Shown here in pieces: positions 25,001 through 36,395 of a stretch of DNA of 64,000 nt; within the stretch, counting starts at the first letter, position 1; each line of letters begins with the position of its first letter. Both the position numbers and the translations under genes were made by a program. Below the pieces are notes generated by a model. It made no database searches and had not been told where the DNA came from. It saw only the letters and a program-made list of their open reading frames with translations. Source of the DNA: Malacoraja senta (taxonomy: Eukaryota); NCBI GenBank assembly GCA_038087875.1, contig JAXLNO010000627.1, forward strand, positions 372,001 through 436,000, in the 5' to 3' direction.

Positions 25001-25857
25001 TGCCCCCTCTCTGCGCCACCTCTCGGTCCCCACCTCCCTCTCTGCCACCCCCCACTCTCTGCCCCCACACTCTCTGTCCCCCACCCTCTCTGCCCCCACC
25101 CTCTCTGCCCCCTCCCTCTGCCCCCTCCCTCTCTTCCCCCCTCCCTCTCCGCCCCCCACCTCTCTGCCCCCCACCTCTCTGCCCCCCCTCCCTCTCTGCC
25201 CCCTACCTCTCTGCCCCCTCCCTCTCAGCCCCATCACTCTGTCCCCCTCCCTCTCTGCCCCACTCTCTCTGCCCCTTCCCTCTCAGTCCCCGTCTCTGTT
25301 TGACCCCGTTGCTCTCTGCCCCCTCCTTCTCTGACCCCTTCCTCTCTGCCCCCTCCCTCTTTCTCTGCTCCCCATCCATCTCTGCCCCTACCTCTCTGCT
25401 CTCCCATCCCTCTCTGCCCCCTCCCTCTCTCCCCCCTCCCTCTCTGCTCTCCCGTCATGCCCTCCCTCTCTGTGGAGTGGTGAGTATTGTGAGCTATGCG
25501 TGAGTGGTGGAGTATTGCGTTCGGGAACCACCCCCCTCAAACTGTACCCCCTCCCTCCCTCTCTACCCCTCTCCCTCTCCCTCTCTACCTCTCTCACCTT
25601 CTCCCTCTCTACCCCTCTCACCATTCCCCTCTCTACCGCCCCCTCCCTCTCCCTCTCTCCCGCCCCCTCCCTCTCCCTCTCTAGCCGCCCCTGCGCATTT
25701 GGGGACTATGCGTGAGTGGATAGGGCGGGTGATGGGGTACATTAGCGAATGAATAATATTAAGGGGGTGGGGGGTTAGTGTGTGTGTGTGACGCCGCAGC
25801 CCCCCCCTACAACCGCGCGTTGAGGGGCCGGGACCCAACGGTTCCCCCTTGGTCTAG
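22092..25857 (+). mobile_element. Tandem array of two non-autonomous Helitron-like units (22,092-23,742; 23,743-25,857)
   Basis: Junction gggacccaacgggtcccacttggtatcg|tctatactaaaac at 23,742/23,743. Terminal gggacccaacggttcccccttggtCTAG ends at 25,857. Confidence 0.78.
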
Positions 25858-25869
25858 CAAAATATAAAA

Positions 25870-26200
25870 TTGAGAGTGTAAAAGGACCAAGGAAGTAAAG
25901 TCAGTTAAACGCTTGAGTAAAACGTTTTTAGCTGCCGTTTAAAAACGTCAACTGAGTGGGCGTCTCTCATAGCTCTGGGTCGGGTATTCCACAGCTTGGG
26001 AGCGTAATTGAAAAAGGCTGCTCCACCAATGTTCTTATTGCTGCGGCATTGAGTGGCAAACAGGCCGGCATCAGAAGACCTGAGCGCTCGAGTAGGGGCA
26101 TAGGGAAGGAGGGACATTGTAAAATATGCTGCTCCTAAACCATTTAGGGCTTTAGAGACAACAAGGAGGACTTTATAGTCTATCCTGGATCTCACAGTGA
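25870..26200 (-). mobile_element. L2 LINE 3' fragment
   Basis: RIDYKVLL..ALNGL..PTRALRSS..AFFNYAPKLWN..FKRQLKT. A partial mirror copy lies at 10,764-10,945. Confidence 0.8.
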
Positions 26201-27639
26201 GTCAATGAACGGAGTACAAGACGTTGGCGAGGCGGCATTTGGATTACTGTATTCAGTTGTGGTCACCCAGGTCTATCAAGCTTGCCACTAAGCTGTAACG
26301 ATTGCAGATCATGCTGCCCGGACTTGAAGGCCTGAGCTATAGGCACAGGAAGGGCAGTCTAGGAATTTATTCCCTGAAAAGCACGTGCCTGAGCGGTGAT
26401 CTTACAGAGGTGAATACAATCACAAGAGGATAAGGTGAATGCCAGTTAGTTTATCGCAGCGGTAACAACAACCAGAGAATATGAGGAACCTGATGGCGAC
26501 CTTTCAACATAGAGAGTGGTGTTTCTATGGAAAGAGTTGCGAGAGCATACAGTTGAGGGAGGCACTATAAGAACATTGAAAGTACAGTTTGATGGGAACA
26601 AGGATAGGAATGGTTTTGGGGGAAATATGGGACAAACGTGAGCAGGGGGGAGTAGTGTAGGTAGAGCATTTTGTACGGAATGAGGAATTTGGGCAGAATG
26701 GCCTGTTTCCATGTTGTGTGACTCTACGATTATATGGCGAAACACGCATGGGCTGTTCAGTCCTTCCGTTTAACATAATTCACCTGCTCTCTTCTGACAA
26801 GAATAACTTCACCGTGTCCACTTGACTGAATCCGATCTGTCCTTGTAACATACACGGACTGTCGACCTGAAAGATTATTCCTGTTCCTCTCTCGAGAGAA
26901 GCTGTCCGATTTGGTGGGGGGTGCTCGGCTCAATGTGTTCGTGACATTGTCGCCAGTCACGGGGCCAGTTTGTTCGCCGGTATCGAAGGGGAAAAACTTA
27001 AAACAATCATTTCACAAATCACAGATTCTCCACATAGACCAATTTCAACGTCGACTAACGTTGAGGAATGAGGAAACGTTGCTGCCCACATCTGAGAGAG
27101 AGCCGATCACCACTGCCTCCTCCCCAGAGAGAAGGGTGACCTCAGCTGTGATGAGGTTGTGGCACCTGTGTCCATACAAATGCTCATTATTAACATCCAT
27201 ATATATTCTAATTATTCTCATATATTCAGACGCTCCAGGGGACACGAACATTTTATATTCGCTTTGGGAATCCGGTCCCCACCACCATTACACCCACCCA
27301 TCGGACACCCAGCGACAAGGAGACAGTTATTGGAAATGATTAGAATAGTTTATTGTGGTCACTATGAACAACCTGTTCCTGTGTGATTCTCGCACAAGGT
27401 GGTGTGACAGCGCGCTGTTATCCCGTGACTTACAATATCTAGTATTACTGCACCCGGACAATATTGAGATGATACTGTGTAGAAAGGAGCTGCAGACGCT
27501 GATTTATTTCATGTGAACGCTTGGTTGTATACGGCAGCTACTTAGTTATATAATTCGCACACCGGATAACTCGTGAAAACATCGGTGTAAGTTGTATAAA
27601 TCTGTTCAATGTTCTACTATATTTATAACTAGACTGGGA

Positions 27640-28369
27640 ATACTAATGTTTCAATGATATGATTAATTTCACAATGAAATTCACGGGGTATGTAACCATG
27701 GTCTTCAGCTGCCAGATATGCTGAAGAGTAAAACGATAGATTTCCTCCGGCTGTCCATCTCTGGGTCCTTGCCATTCTCTCCACTGTTGCGGCCCCGGAG
27801 CAATCTGCGGACTCTACCAGAGACTAGAATGTATCTGGCGGTCAGTGAATTGACCAACAAAAACAAAATGAACGGCAGACAAACAGTTACAGTTAAGTAC
27901 AACAACTCAAACGAAGTCCATGAAGGTGAGGTTAAGAATGACTGTTTCAAGGCACACCCTATGGGTTTATTATCGGTAAGATATACTGATTCGAATGTAA
28001 AATACCACGGTACGTTTATTAAACAGCTTAGAACAATTACCGTTCCGATAACAAAACTCGCCGTTCGCTCGGTGCAATAATTTGTTTTCAGCTTCTGACA
28101 ACAAATGGCCACAAACCGATCAAACGTGAAACCCACGGTGAACCAGACAGAGATTGTTGTGGCTGCGCAGACCAGGGCCCAGTTGACGGAGCACACGGGG
28201 GTGATGGTGAAGAACGACAGCGGGAAATACATTCCAACAATGGACCTTATTATGACGTCAATGATGAGGACCATGAGGTCGGCCGCTGCCATTCCCAGCA
28301 GGTAGCGAGTGATGCATTTGGAGAGACTGCACTTTCCCCGGGACAGGATCACAATCGTCACCAAGTTAA
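27640..28369 (-). pseudogene. GPR139-like class A GPCR, exon 2, with TM6-TM7 deletion and premature stop
   Basis: Acceptor AG at 28,371-28,370. The 219-aa ORF contains FDRFVAICC. Relative to the left copy it lacks the segment 9,318-9,490 and stops at about 27,705. Confidence 0.88.
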
Positions 28370-29849
28370 CTGCGAAAGAAGGAACGAAGGATGTTACAGT
28401 ATGTGGCGTTCACAAAGAATACCCTGAACTGAAAGGATTTCAGAGTGATATTTACTACTGAGTTTCAAGAATAAATGAAATTACAAGTCATATCATCAGT
28501 TAGATAATGAAAAGATACGTGGCACACACAGCTCACGGGATCCGGGTTGGATCCGCTCCTCTGACTCTGGTTGTCCGCCGGCTCACTGATCCAATCGAGA
28601 GATAATTCCGTATGTTAGCTGGGTTCTCTAATTGACTTCGCAATGCAGATGACAAGTGTGCCGGTGGCAGTGTATGGATCAGTGTGGGAGAATAACCTGC
28701 AGGGTTAAAGTAAATCAGAAGGTCGCCGAGAGGCTGACGGTGTTCGTCTTTGGGAATGGCAAAACTAGATAGACCGCAGGTCCTTCTTACCGAAAGATAA
28801 ATGTCGCTATTGGAGCACAATGTATAGAGAGAGGTAGAGTCATTCCGCGTATAAACAGGCTCTTCGGCCCAACTTGCCTATGCCCCATCTACTCTTGTTC
28901 CAACTGCGCATTGTTGGCTCTGATCCTTCTAAACCCTTCCTATCCATGTACCTATCCAACATTGGGTCAATAAACGCAACCGCCAACTACAGTTTGTGAA
29001 GACCAGAGCCTGTAACTGGGGCAGTAACAGTTCAATTTGAAATCGGTCCACAGCTTCCAGCCCTGCAATCGCAAAGCAATATTCACAGGCTTCTTTACCC
29101 CGCAATCTAACTGCTCTTTCCCATTGCCTATTCAATCTGCCCAGTAGCCACCGCACATTTATCCTGCCCAGTCTTGAAATTCGTTCACACGACACAATCC
29201 AACTGCACCTTCACTCACCCCAGTCCACCCTACATATTCACTCTGCTGTGTACACCGCACACTCAACCTGGCCAACCTCTAACCGCACTGTATCACTCTG
29301 CCCAGTCCCCACCTGGCTTCATCTTGCGCAGTCGCCACTGCACGTTGACCCTGCCGAGTACCAACCGCACCGTTACACGTCACTGTCTCCTGTCTCCACT
29401 GCAGCTACACCCTGCACATTACCTATCGCAGCTTCCTCCTGCACATACCTCACCTGCCTTCATCTTCCCCATACTCCACAGCTCCATCACCGTACCCATC
29501 CCCCACTGCACCTTCACCCGGCCAAGTTCCTACCAGGCCTTCACCATTTGGTTGGTTTATATGTTTGTAGATGACACCAACATGGCCGACGTACACAGCG
29601 CAATAGAGATCAGCTACAGCAATGGACGGCGAAATGACAGATGGTGCAAGATTGGAGCTGTGCGAGGTGTCATGGGAGGTCGGACATGGGGGGGGGGGTG
29701 GGATATACAATTAATGACATGACCATTAGCAGCAGTGATTAACGGAGGTTCCAAGTCCAGAACTCCCTGAAAGTAGCAACACATGTAGATACCGTGGTAA
29801 ATGAGGCACGTGGCATATTTGCCGACATTGGTCACCACATTCAGTATAA

Positions 29850-30195
29850 TAATAATAATAATAATGGATTGGATTGATATAGCGCCTTTCTAATACTCAA
29901 GGCGCTTTACATCGCATTATTCATTCACTCCTCAGTCACACTCGGTGGCGGTGAGCTACTTCTGTAGCCACAGCTGCCCTGGGGCAGACTGACGGAAGCG
30001 TGGCTGCTAATCTGCGCCTACGGCCCCTCCGACCACCACCAATCACTCACACACATTCACACACATTCACACGCAGGCAAAGGTGGGTGAAGTGTCTTGC
30101 TCAAGGACACAACGACAGTATGCACTCCGAGCGGGATTCGAACCGGCTACCTTCCGGTTGCCAGCCGAACACTGAGCCCATTGCGCCATCTGTCG
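29850..30195 (-). mobile_element. tRNA-derived SINE with CORE-like domain and L2-type 3' tail
   Basis: A box TGGCGCAATGG (30,188-30,178) and B box GGTTCGAATCCC (30,144-30,133). CORE-like gtgtccttgagcaagacacttcaccc. Tail tgtaaagcgccttgag..aaaggcgctata..(att)n. TSD TCAGTATAA at 29,841-29,849 and 30,196-30,204. Confidence 0.92.
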
Positions 30196-33089
30196 TCAGT
30201 ATAAGAGTCAGGGCATCGTGAAGCAGCGCTATAGGACTTTGTACAGCATTTGGGGTATTACGTGCAGTTCTGGTCGCCCCATTACAGGAAGAATGTGAAG
30301 GTTTTAGAGAGGGTGCAAAGGTTACAAGAATGATGTCTAGATTATGGGGTATTGGCTACAGGGAGCAGTTGGAGAGAATTGGATTGCTTTTTTTCTGGAA
30401 CGCTGAAGGTTGCGGGGCGACCTGACAGAAGAATAGAAAACAGGAACCTTTTGTCCAGGATAGAAAAATCAAATATTAGAGGGAAGAGCTTTAAGAAGGG
30501 CAAAGCTTAAGGGTGATGTTAGGGGCATGTTTTATACACAAAGGCTGAATGCCTGGAACGCGCTGCCAGGATGGGGGTTTGAGATGGTTTTGGGGCCAAG
30601 TCGGATAGTGGTGTTTCAGAGACTTTTGAATATGCCAATAGATTTGCAGTGAATGGAGGGATATGGGTTATGCGCAGGCAGATAGTTGGCCTTGGCATCA
30701 TGTTCGACTCAGACATTGTGGACCGAATGGCCTGTTTTGTGCTGTACTGTTCTATGATCTATGTTTTGTTTTAAATCATTTCCTGTCACCAGCTGACTCC
30801 TACCATTGGAACAACTTTGTATCTAATTCTTCCCAACTGGATCCTGTGTGCGCGAATCTTCCAGGTCAGTCTACCATGCGGATCCTGGGAAAGCAATGGG
30901 GAAACTACAAAAGCACATATAGACAACGTTTCTCGGGAACAAAGTCGTGTTGTCTATTTATAATCAGTGTTTATCTTTCCAAATACCGATGAGGTGTATA
31001 GCACTAATTTCCCTCAGGCAACATTTCCACCACCGATATCAGAATGAACCGCCTGCAGTTCCTTGCATGCATTCTACATAAAAGACAGGCATCACTTCAA
31101 GGTCAATATCAACTTGTTCCCTTGCTGTCCACGTTTATGTGTCACAGATGCGCAGCAAACTATCTGCAGATTGAAGCTTCAGTGGGGTGGGGACTGAGCC
31201 GGTGGAAGGCGCGGGCGGGACTGGGCGGAATGAAGGCGCAGGGGGAAGGTGCAGTGGGGACTGTTGAGAAGAGAGTGTACAGCGGAGGGACAGACAGACG
31301 TCAGGATAGATACCAGTGGGGGCGAGCACCCTCGGGTGGCTTATCGTGCGGATTTTCATTGTAATGTTTTACTGTTGCTGATCAGGATATTGGCGGTGTG
31401 ACTATCCGAGTGCGACAGCGGAAGGTCAGACGGACAGTTGAGCAGCGGGTTTGTTTGGTGATCGGACCTGGAAGCATGTGCTGCAGTCGGAAGTGTTCCG
31501 TCAAAATGCAGCAGATGTCCCGAAACCTCAATCACGTTGACTGCACCATGTACAACGTATTCAGTGTATGTCCACGCTGCAGTCCACACCCCGACCCACG
31601 GTCTGCACTCTGTCTCCACCATTATCGCACACTCCACCTCCCTTTTCCCAATTTCCGTCAATACACTTTGTAGCGCTTCCATCCGCAACATCTCCAGTTC
31701 GTTCCCCAGTGGGAGAGCTTCCCACAGCTCGGAAGCAAGCCATTTGACCCACCACAGCCAAAGCGACATGGGTGTACCCACAGAACCCATAGTCTCCACG
31801 CCTTAGAGTGCCAAGACTAATGCCCTCTGGATTTAGCCCCTCTCATATGGGGCATGTTTCATACCATGTATCCTGTCTATGCCCCTTAATTTATCCAATT
31901 GTTGGACCTTCACTGTGTATTTCTCGTGAAAGGAAAATAAACTCAGTCTATCGACTCTCCCGTCATAACCAAACTTTGCCATCGCAGAAAACATTTTTAT
32001 AAATCTCCTCTCCACCTTCTACATAGCAATTACGTTCTTCCTACAGTGTGGCGACCAGAGGTGCCCATAGAAGCGCAGATGTGGGCTAGCGAACATTGCA
32101 TAAAGCTGTACCCCAACCACTCTGCTCTTGGTTTGTTTGTGCGGCCGGTAAAATAATATGTCACACATTCAATGACAACTGATCTGCCTGTAATGCCGCC
32201 TCTGGAGATCTTTGGGATTGTACACCATCGGGTTCGAAAGATAATCCCTGCTAGGAGCCCACCCTATGCCCAAGGCTTACCCCAGCTTCACCCGGCCTAT
32301 TAGTGAATGGACACTCAGGAAGCTGTTGGTGGTGGGGAAGGGAATGTCGATGATGATGTGTACCAAGTGCAGAAAGTTGGGAATTCTTCTTGGAGACGGC
32401 CATGGTATGGTATGCATATCTGACGCGGGACTTCTCCGATTAACCAGTTGCAAGAACAGTAATAGTGTATTCGTAGAAAACGTCTCACATGTATGTGGAC
32501 CATTTGGCTTATTGTGTCTGTGCCGAACAAGTGTGCTTTGCAACGTGGGTGTAAAATCTTCTTGATCAGTGCTTTCAATTACACATCCGAGGGTTTACAT
32601 GTAATTAAGTCTTTCCTCTTCCAGACTTTCATGCAGACATTTCTGAACCGTTCGCGACGTCTGAATAAATTTATTATCACCATCCATCTCCTCGCATCTT
32701 ACGGGAAATGCCTGCTCTCTGCCAAATAAACGGTTTCCCATTCAAGTTGTTCCCCTACCCAACCTTTCCTAATCGCCACAACTCCTCTCAGCAGTGAAAA
32801 CCTCCAGAGGTGCAGTGTGCTGACAGACCCAACATTCAATGCTCAAACTGGAACCTGACTGGTGATTGACGTGGAATCGTCAAACAGAATATCACAGCTC
32901 TGGGAAAAGATGCCAACAATTTTTTTTTAAAAATACCCGATTGTCCTCGGTTTTATTTGGACACACAAGCTGGTTGGCAAAATAATTTATCAGGATGCGG
33001 CATGGAGATAGAAACGTATACAATACATGTCCTTTGGCTCCCAAGGTCAGGTATCAAACGTCAAGCAAACATTTCCACGAATCATGCAG

Positions 33090-33340
33090 TATTAATCCAG
33101 CGACATTAACACCAATTCACCTGAGATATTATTAGTCATCCGCCGGAATACGGGCAACTTACAGCAGCGAATTACCGACCAAACTGCGCATGTTGGGTCG
33201 GGAAAGGAAACCGGAGCAAATTGAGGAAACAGATGCGATCACGAACAGAATGCGCAGACATCATAAAAAGCAGTGCAAGATCGAAGCTTGTAGTTGAGCT
33301 GTGAGACCACAGAGCTACCAGCTACATTACTGTAGCGACT
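33090..33340 (-). mobile_element. Degenerate SINE (V-SINE/HE1-like)
   Basis: ggaaaggaaaccggagca..gaggaaac..cagaatgcgcagac resembles the reverse complement of the V-domain. Highly decayed. Confidence 0.4.
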
Positions 33341-34050
33341 ATGGAAACATTACATTCAGAACCAGACACTGAAGTCAGTCATGACTTGTAAGACACAAGT
33401 CGGGATTGCACACGCATGTACAAGAACCAAAATCAACATATCTCAGACAAGCTGCAACACCGCACATTCTCAGTTAAACGAAGGTTAAATTACGGAATTG
33501 TAACATGCCAGTATCGGGAAATCTGAGACGTGCAGAATAATCAGCTACACTCAGCTAACAATGAGTGACCGCGGGGACCTGAACTCCGAACCCAATCCTG
33601 CTGTGACATACATGTTACCACGCAACATCCCATCCAATTGCCTTTCCTAGCTGCAGTCGCCAACCCCAGTCCCAGTGTCCTGCAGCTCACAAACTATTCC
33701 CAAATGGACCGCATGCTGCCTTTTGTCACAGAGAACGGTCACAGAGCCGGACATCCTCACCACACACCACGTTGGCAACACCGTCACTGCTCGGAGCGGC
33801 AACGGTTAAACAACGTCTCTGCAGTCAGTAGGTGCGAGGGTTCTGGACCGGGCGCGGTTCCCCTCACAGAGCAAAGTGACGGGGAACAGAAACAGACCCG
33901 CGTTGGTCCGTCACCCGTGTCCCCGGCGTAATATACAGATCTGATCTCAGGTTGGGACAAAACATAGATAACATACTTGACATCTAGTCCGATTTCATCG
34001 CATTTGTTCCGATTTGTCTGTTTAAAAAAGTGTGAAAAATCGGAAGAGTA

Positions 34051-34255
34051 CGATTTTGAAATGAGAGGAATAAACGGCCAATCAACTGCTGTCTCTAAGG
34101 GGATTGCGTCCAATCACCGACCAGCTTCCCTTAAAATTCCCGTCCAATCAACCGCTGTCTCCAAGGTCATTGTGTCAAATCACATAATGCGCTGTTCACT
34201 TGGCAGCGAATTAGACACTGTCTCCGAGGGGCGTTGCGGCCAATCACCGACCAGC

Positions 34256-34258
<3 letters not shown>
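34051..34258. promoter_or_regulatory. Phased CCAAT-box array (putative NF-Y module)
   Basis: CCAATCA at 34,078, 34,110, 34,144 and 34,240, with degenerate copies at 34,176 and 34,207 (about 32-34 bp period). TTTGAA at 34,055. Confidence 0.45.
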
Positions 34259-34286
<28 letters not shown>

Positions 34287-34304
34287 GGAGAGAGAGAGAG
34301 TGAG

Positions 34305-34355
<51 letters not shown>

Positions 34356-34450
34356 GAGAGGGAGGGAGAGGGAGAGAGGGAGGGGGAGGAAGAGAGAGGG
34401 AGAGAGGGGGAGAGGGAGAGGGAGGAAGAGAGAGGGAGAGAGATGGAGAG
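34259..34450. repeat. (GA)n microsatellite and polypurine tract
   Basis: Visible directly. Confidence 0.95.
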
Positions 34451-35643
34451 ATTCCAGCCTCCGAATGTGTCCCCGGGCGATGGAGAAACGTTGCTACCAA
34501 ATGACTTTCAATGATAAACTTCTGGCCAAATGCAAGAAAGCAACTATGACATATAATACATAATAAACTGTACAAATACACAATAAACAAGTTATACGTT
34601 CTTGTGCTCTTACATGGGTATGACCTTCGGCGCGCGCGCACTCAGAGTAAGATTTTTCATTTTCAAATGTTGGCAGGTAAGAGATAAGAATTAAAATCGA
34701 CTCAGTCCACATATTAATACGGCGCCATCTCTCGACCACTGCCTGAACTGTCATTAACGCAGAAACGGCCGGACTCAAGCAACGCCGCCACGTACAAAGG
34801 GAAGGCTAATGCGGTCCCATTCCTGAAAGCGGCGCATCACAACCGCAGGCCAGCGGGAAAGTCAAGAATAAATTGTGGATGTTGGAAATCAGGAAATATT
34901 GCCAACAACTGGAAATACTGGAATATCCTGGGCAACTCCCACTCGACCAGACTGTACTAATTCACCCGAATTCACACCGTCACCAACAATACAACCGCAC
35001 ACGGAATACAGAGCGACACCCAGATGTACAATGTCACCCAGAGTGGACCAGGTTAGGTACACGTTACACAGATAATGTACTTCAATTATCCATTCATTGA
35101 AAACCTATCCCTGCTCCAGACATTCGCTACACTCCAGCCATTGTCCTTTCCAACATCACTGCCGCTCAGATAAACGTGTTTCTTCCCTTCCTTGCTTCCC
35201 GAGAAAGAAACTTTGATTTGAAACTTTAACACTTTCTCTTTCCACAAACGCTCCCACACATGCGGTTTCAAGCATTTTCGCATTTCACTCCAGACCAGCA
35301 GGAATTATTTCCAAAATGTGGAAATATTCCACGCCGCCTGTGAATGAAGAAAGTGAAATGGAAGCGTTTCGCTGGTAGCAGAGCAACCCTGGTCTCACAC
35401 TCGGGCGGGAGCTTCAACGGTTGATTTTTATTCCCGGGTAAAGCAAGAACGTAATTGTCTGCAGGATAAACTACCGGAAACTGCTGGATTATTTTAACAC
35501 TTATCCTGAACACTTACACTGGATTATTTCAAGATGCATTTCACAAAGCATGCGATCAGCAGTCCAATTAGTCCACACACCAGAATGTACTGTGCATTCA
35601 CAACGATAATGCTGACATGACACTGGTGACAGATTCACAGACC

Positions 35644-36098
35644 AGACTGATTCCTGGGATGTCAGGACTTTCATACTCGCTAGAATTTAGGAGATTGAGA
35701 GGGGATCTTATAGAAGCGTACAAAATGCTTATGGGGTTGGACAGGCTAGATGCAGGAAGATTGTTCCCGATGTTGGGGAAGTCCAGGACAAGGGGTCACA
35801 GCTTAAGGATAAGGGGGAAATCCTTTAAGACCGAGATGAGGAAAAACGTTTTCACACAGAGAGTGGTGAATCTCTGGAACTCTCTGCCACAGAGGGTAGT
35901 TGAGGCCAGTTCATTGGCTGTATTTAAGAGGGAGTTAGATGTGGCCCTTGTGGCTAAAGGGCTCAGGGGGTATGGAGAGAAGGCAGGTACGGGATACTGA
36001 GTTGGATGATCAGCCATGATCATATTGAATGGCGGTGCAGGCTCGAAGGGCCGAATGGCCTACTCCTGCACCTATTTTCTATGTATCTATGTATCTAT
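35644..36098 (+). mobile_element. CR1 3' fragment, same young subfamily as 2,489-6,444
   Basis: Near-identical to 5,960-6,444 apart from an internal deletion. Same (ctatgtat)n tail. Confidence 0.92.
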
Positions 36099-36325
36099 GA
36101 CCCACTGTTAGACGTTTTACAGTCAACATAAAACAGGACCATCTTGCCTGAGACTACAGTTTGTATGAAGATAAGTGGTTATTTAAACATCAACCCCACA
36201 GTTCGGCAAATACCACACCCAGAATCATACAACAGTGAGACAAGCGGTCAATACGGCGCGCAGCCACCACGCATGTCAGATATAACAGTGATGAACACGG
36301 TGAGAACCTGTGAGTAAACACTTAC

Positions 36326-36395
36326 GGGGAACACCAACAGCGGCAAGTGTCGGGTAGTAAATCCTCGTTATACCAGTAAGTAGCAAGCCTCCCAT
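36326..36395 (-). pseudogene. Exon 1 of the right-hand GPR139-like gene (MGGLLLTGITRIYYPTLAAVGVP)
   Basis: ATG at 36,395 gives a 70-nt exon ending in phase 1 at ccc c|gtaagt. It joins in frame to the phase-1 acceptor at 28,369, giving ..GVP-L-NLVTIVILSR, the TM1 pattern of this receptor family. The intron is about 7.96 kb. Confidence 0.85.

Larger units (their letters stand above)
22092..30937 (-). repeat. Right arm of inverted segmental duplication
   Basis: Colinear reverse-complement match to the left arm, about 5% substitutions in the GPCR exon, plus arm-specific indels and insertions. Confidence 0.93.

Noticed and set aside
11015..25334. Long ORFs of 200-340 aa rich in S/L/P/C or E/R/G
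   Set aside because: They are translations of GA/CT microsatellite inside the Helitron-like units, open in several frames, with no domain signal.
30110..30195. tRNA gene
   Set aside because: The A and B boxes are the head of a SINE that has a body, a tail and a TSD.
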